In this document: positions 29,023 through 29,509 of the stretch, in pieces
Layout: every line of letters starts with the position of its first letter
How positions within the stretch are numbered: position 1 is the stretch's first letter
From: Candidatus Sulfobium sp.
GTDB taxonomy: Bacteria > Nitrospirota > Thermodesulfovibrionia > Thermodesulfovibrionales > UBA6898
DNA: 29,509 nucleotides
Direction of reading: 5' to 3'
Assembly: GCA_037380845.1 (NCBI GenBank)
Contig: JARRRI010000032.1
Span: forward strand, 1-29,509
Notes under the pieces: model-generated
Databases searched by the model: none
Seen by the model: only the letters and a program-made list of their open reading frames with translations
Told to the model about the DNA's origin: nothing
Made by a program: the position numbers and the translations under genes

Positions 29023-29448
29023 TTATTCAGTCGGGTAAACGAAAGGGTTGGCTCTCTTGATTCCCGCGACCTTCAGCGGAACGCCTTCCATGACAAAAAC
29101 CGCCATGCCCCTGTCTTCCTTCTTTTTTTCGCCGACAACCCAGCTGCCGGTCCACGAGATGTTCACGAGCACCTTGTCTTTGTCTATCTCCACCCACCTC
29201 GGGGTAAAGGTCAGTTCGAGCGAGTCAAAGGAAACATTGCCTTCCGTGATGTCCTGGTAGCCCTTTTCAGTCGAGTTCCGGCGGAGAGCCTCGAAGTCCC
29301 TGTCGATAAAGTCCTGCCTGATCCTGTCCGCCAGGTGAAACGCGGCAAGAGCAGTCTTCGATTCCTGGGACACGGGCTTGACCTCCTTTTTTCCGCAGGC
29401 AACGAGAATAAAGAGAACGCAACAAAGCAGAGCTATTTTCTTATACAT
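29023..29448 (-). CDS. Hypothetical lipoprotein
   Basis: Signal peptide with lipobox LVAC-GKK, AAAGGGG RBS, 141 aa; no family recognised. Confidence 0.8.
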   Translation of the reverse strand: MYKKIALLCCVLFILVACGKKEVKPVSQESKTALAAFHLADRIRQDFIDRDFEALRRNSTEKGYQDITEGNVSFDSLELTFTPRWVEIDKDKVLVNISWTGSWVVGEKKKEDRGMAVFVMEGVPLKVAGIKRANPFVYPTE

Positions 29449-29509
29449 AAGGCCCCTTTCGCTAATATATGAACAATCTGCTAATAATAAAACGTGGGAA
29501 CTTTTTTTC

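Overview
A GC-rich bacterial chromosomal segment, mostly housekeeping genes. Gene content and protein style suggest an anaerobic Gram-negative such as a Nitrospirota/Thermodesulfovibrionia-like organism (inference, no search run). The first ~650 bp is the edge of a decayed integrative element sitting 3' of an elongator tRNA-Met. It holds the 5' end of a group II intron joined to a GGGGTCAGACTTGAC REP-like motif, a 20-bp direct repeat, a ribbon-helix-helix remnant, a truncated DUF6538 integrase N-terminus, an IHF consensus site and candidate arm sites. The core genes follow in this order: RDD-mreBCD-mrdA-rodA (-), DUF1015-gap-pgk (+), hisD-hisG and speD (-), a membrane GAF/HD-GYP protein and an acyl-CoA synthetase-ACP-PlsC fusion (+), bamD-sirC (-), TIGR03960/TIGR03936 radical SAM-rng-larE (+), a GlcF-like Fe-S protein-uvrD (+), transaldolase-FmdB zinc ribbon (+) and a lipoprotein (-). 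Non-coding features of note: five sigma70-like promoters whose -10 box lies 5-6 nt before the start codon (probable leaderless mRNAs), an exact 36-bp tandem duplication of the hisD promoter, and several palindromic REP/MITE-like inserts. No CRISPR array or complete defence system is visible.
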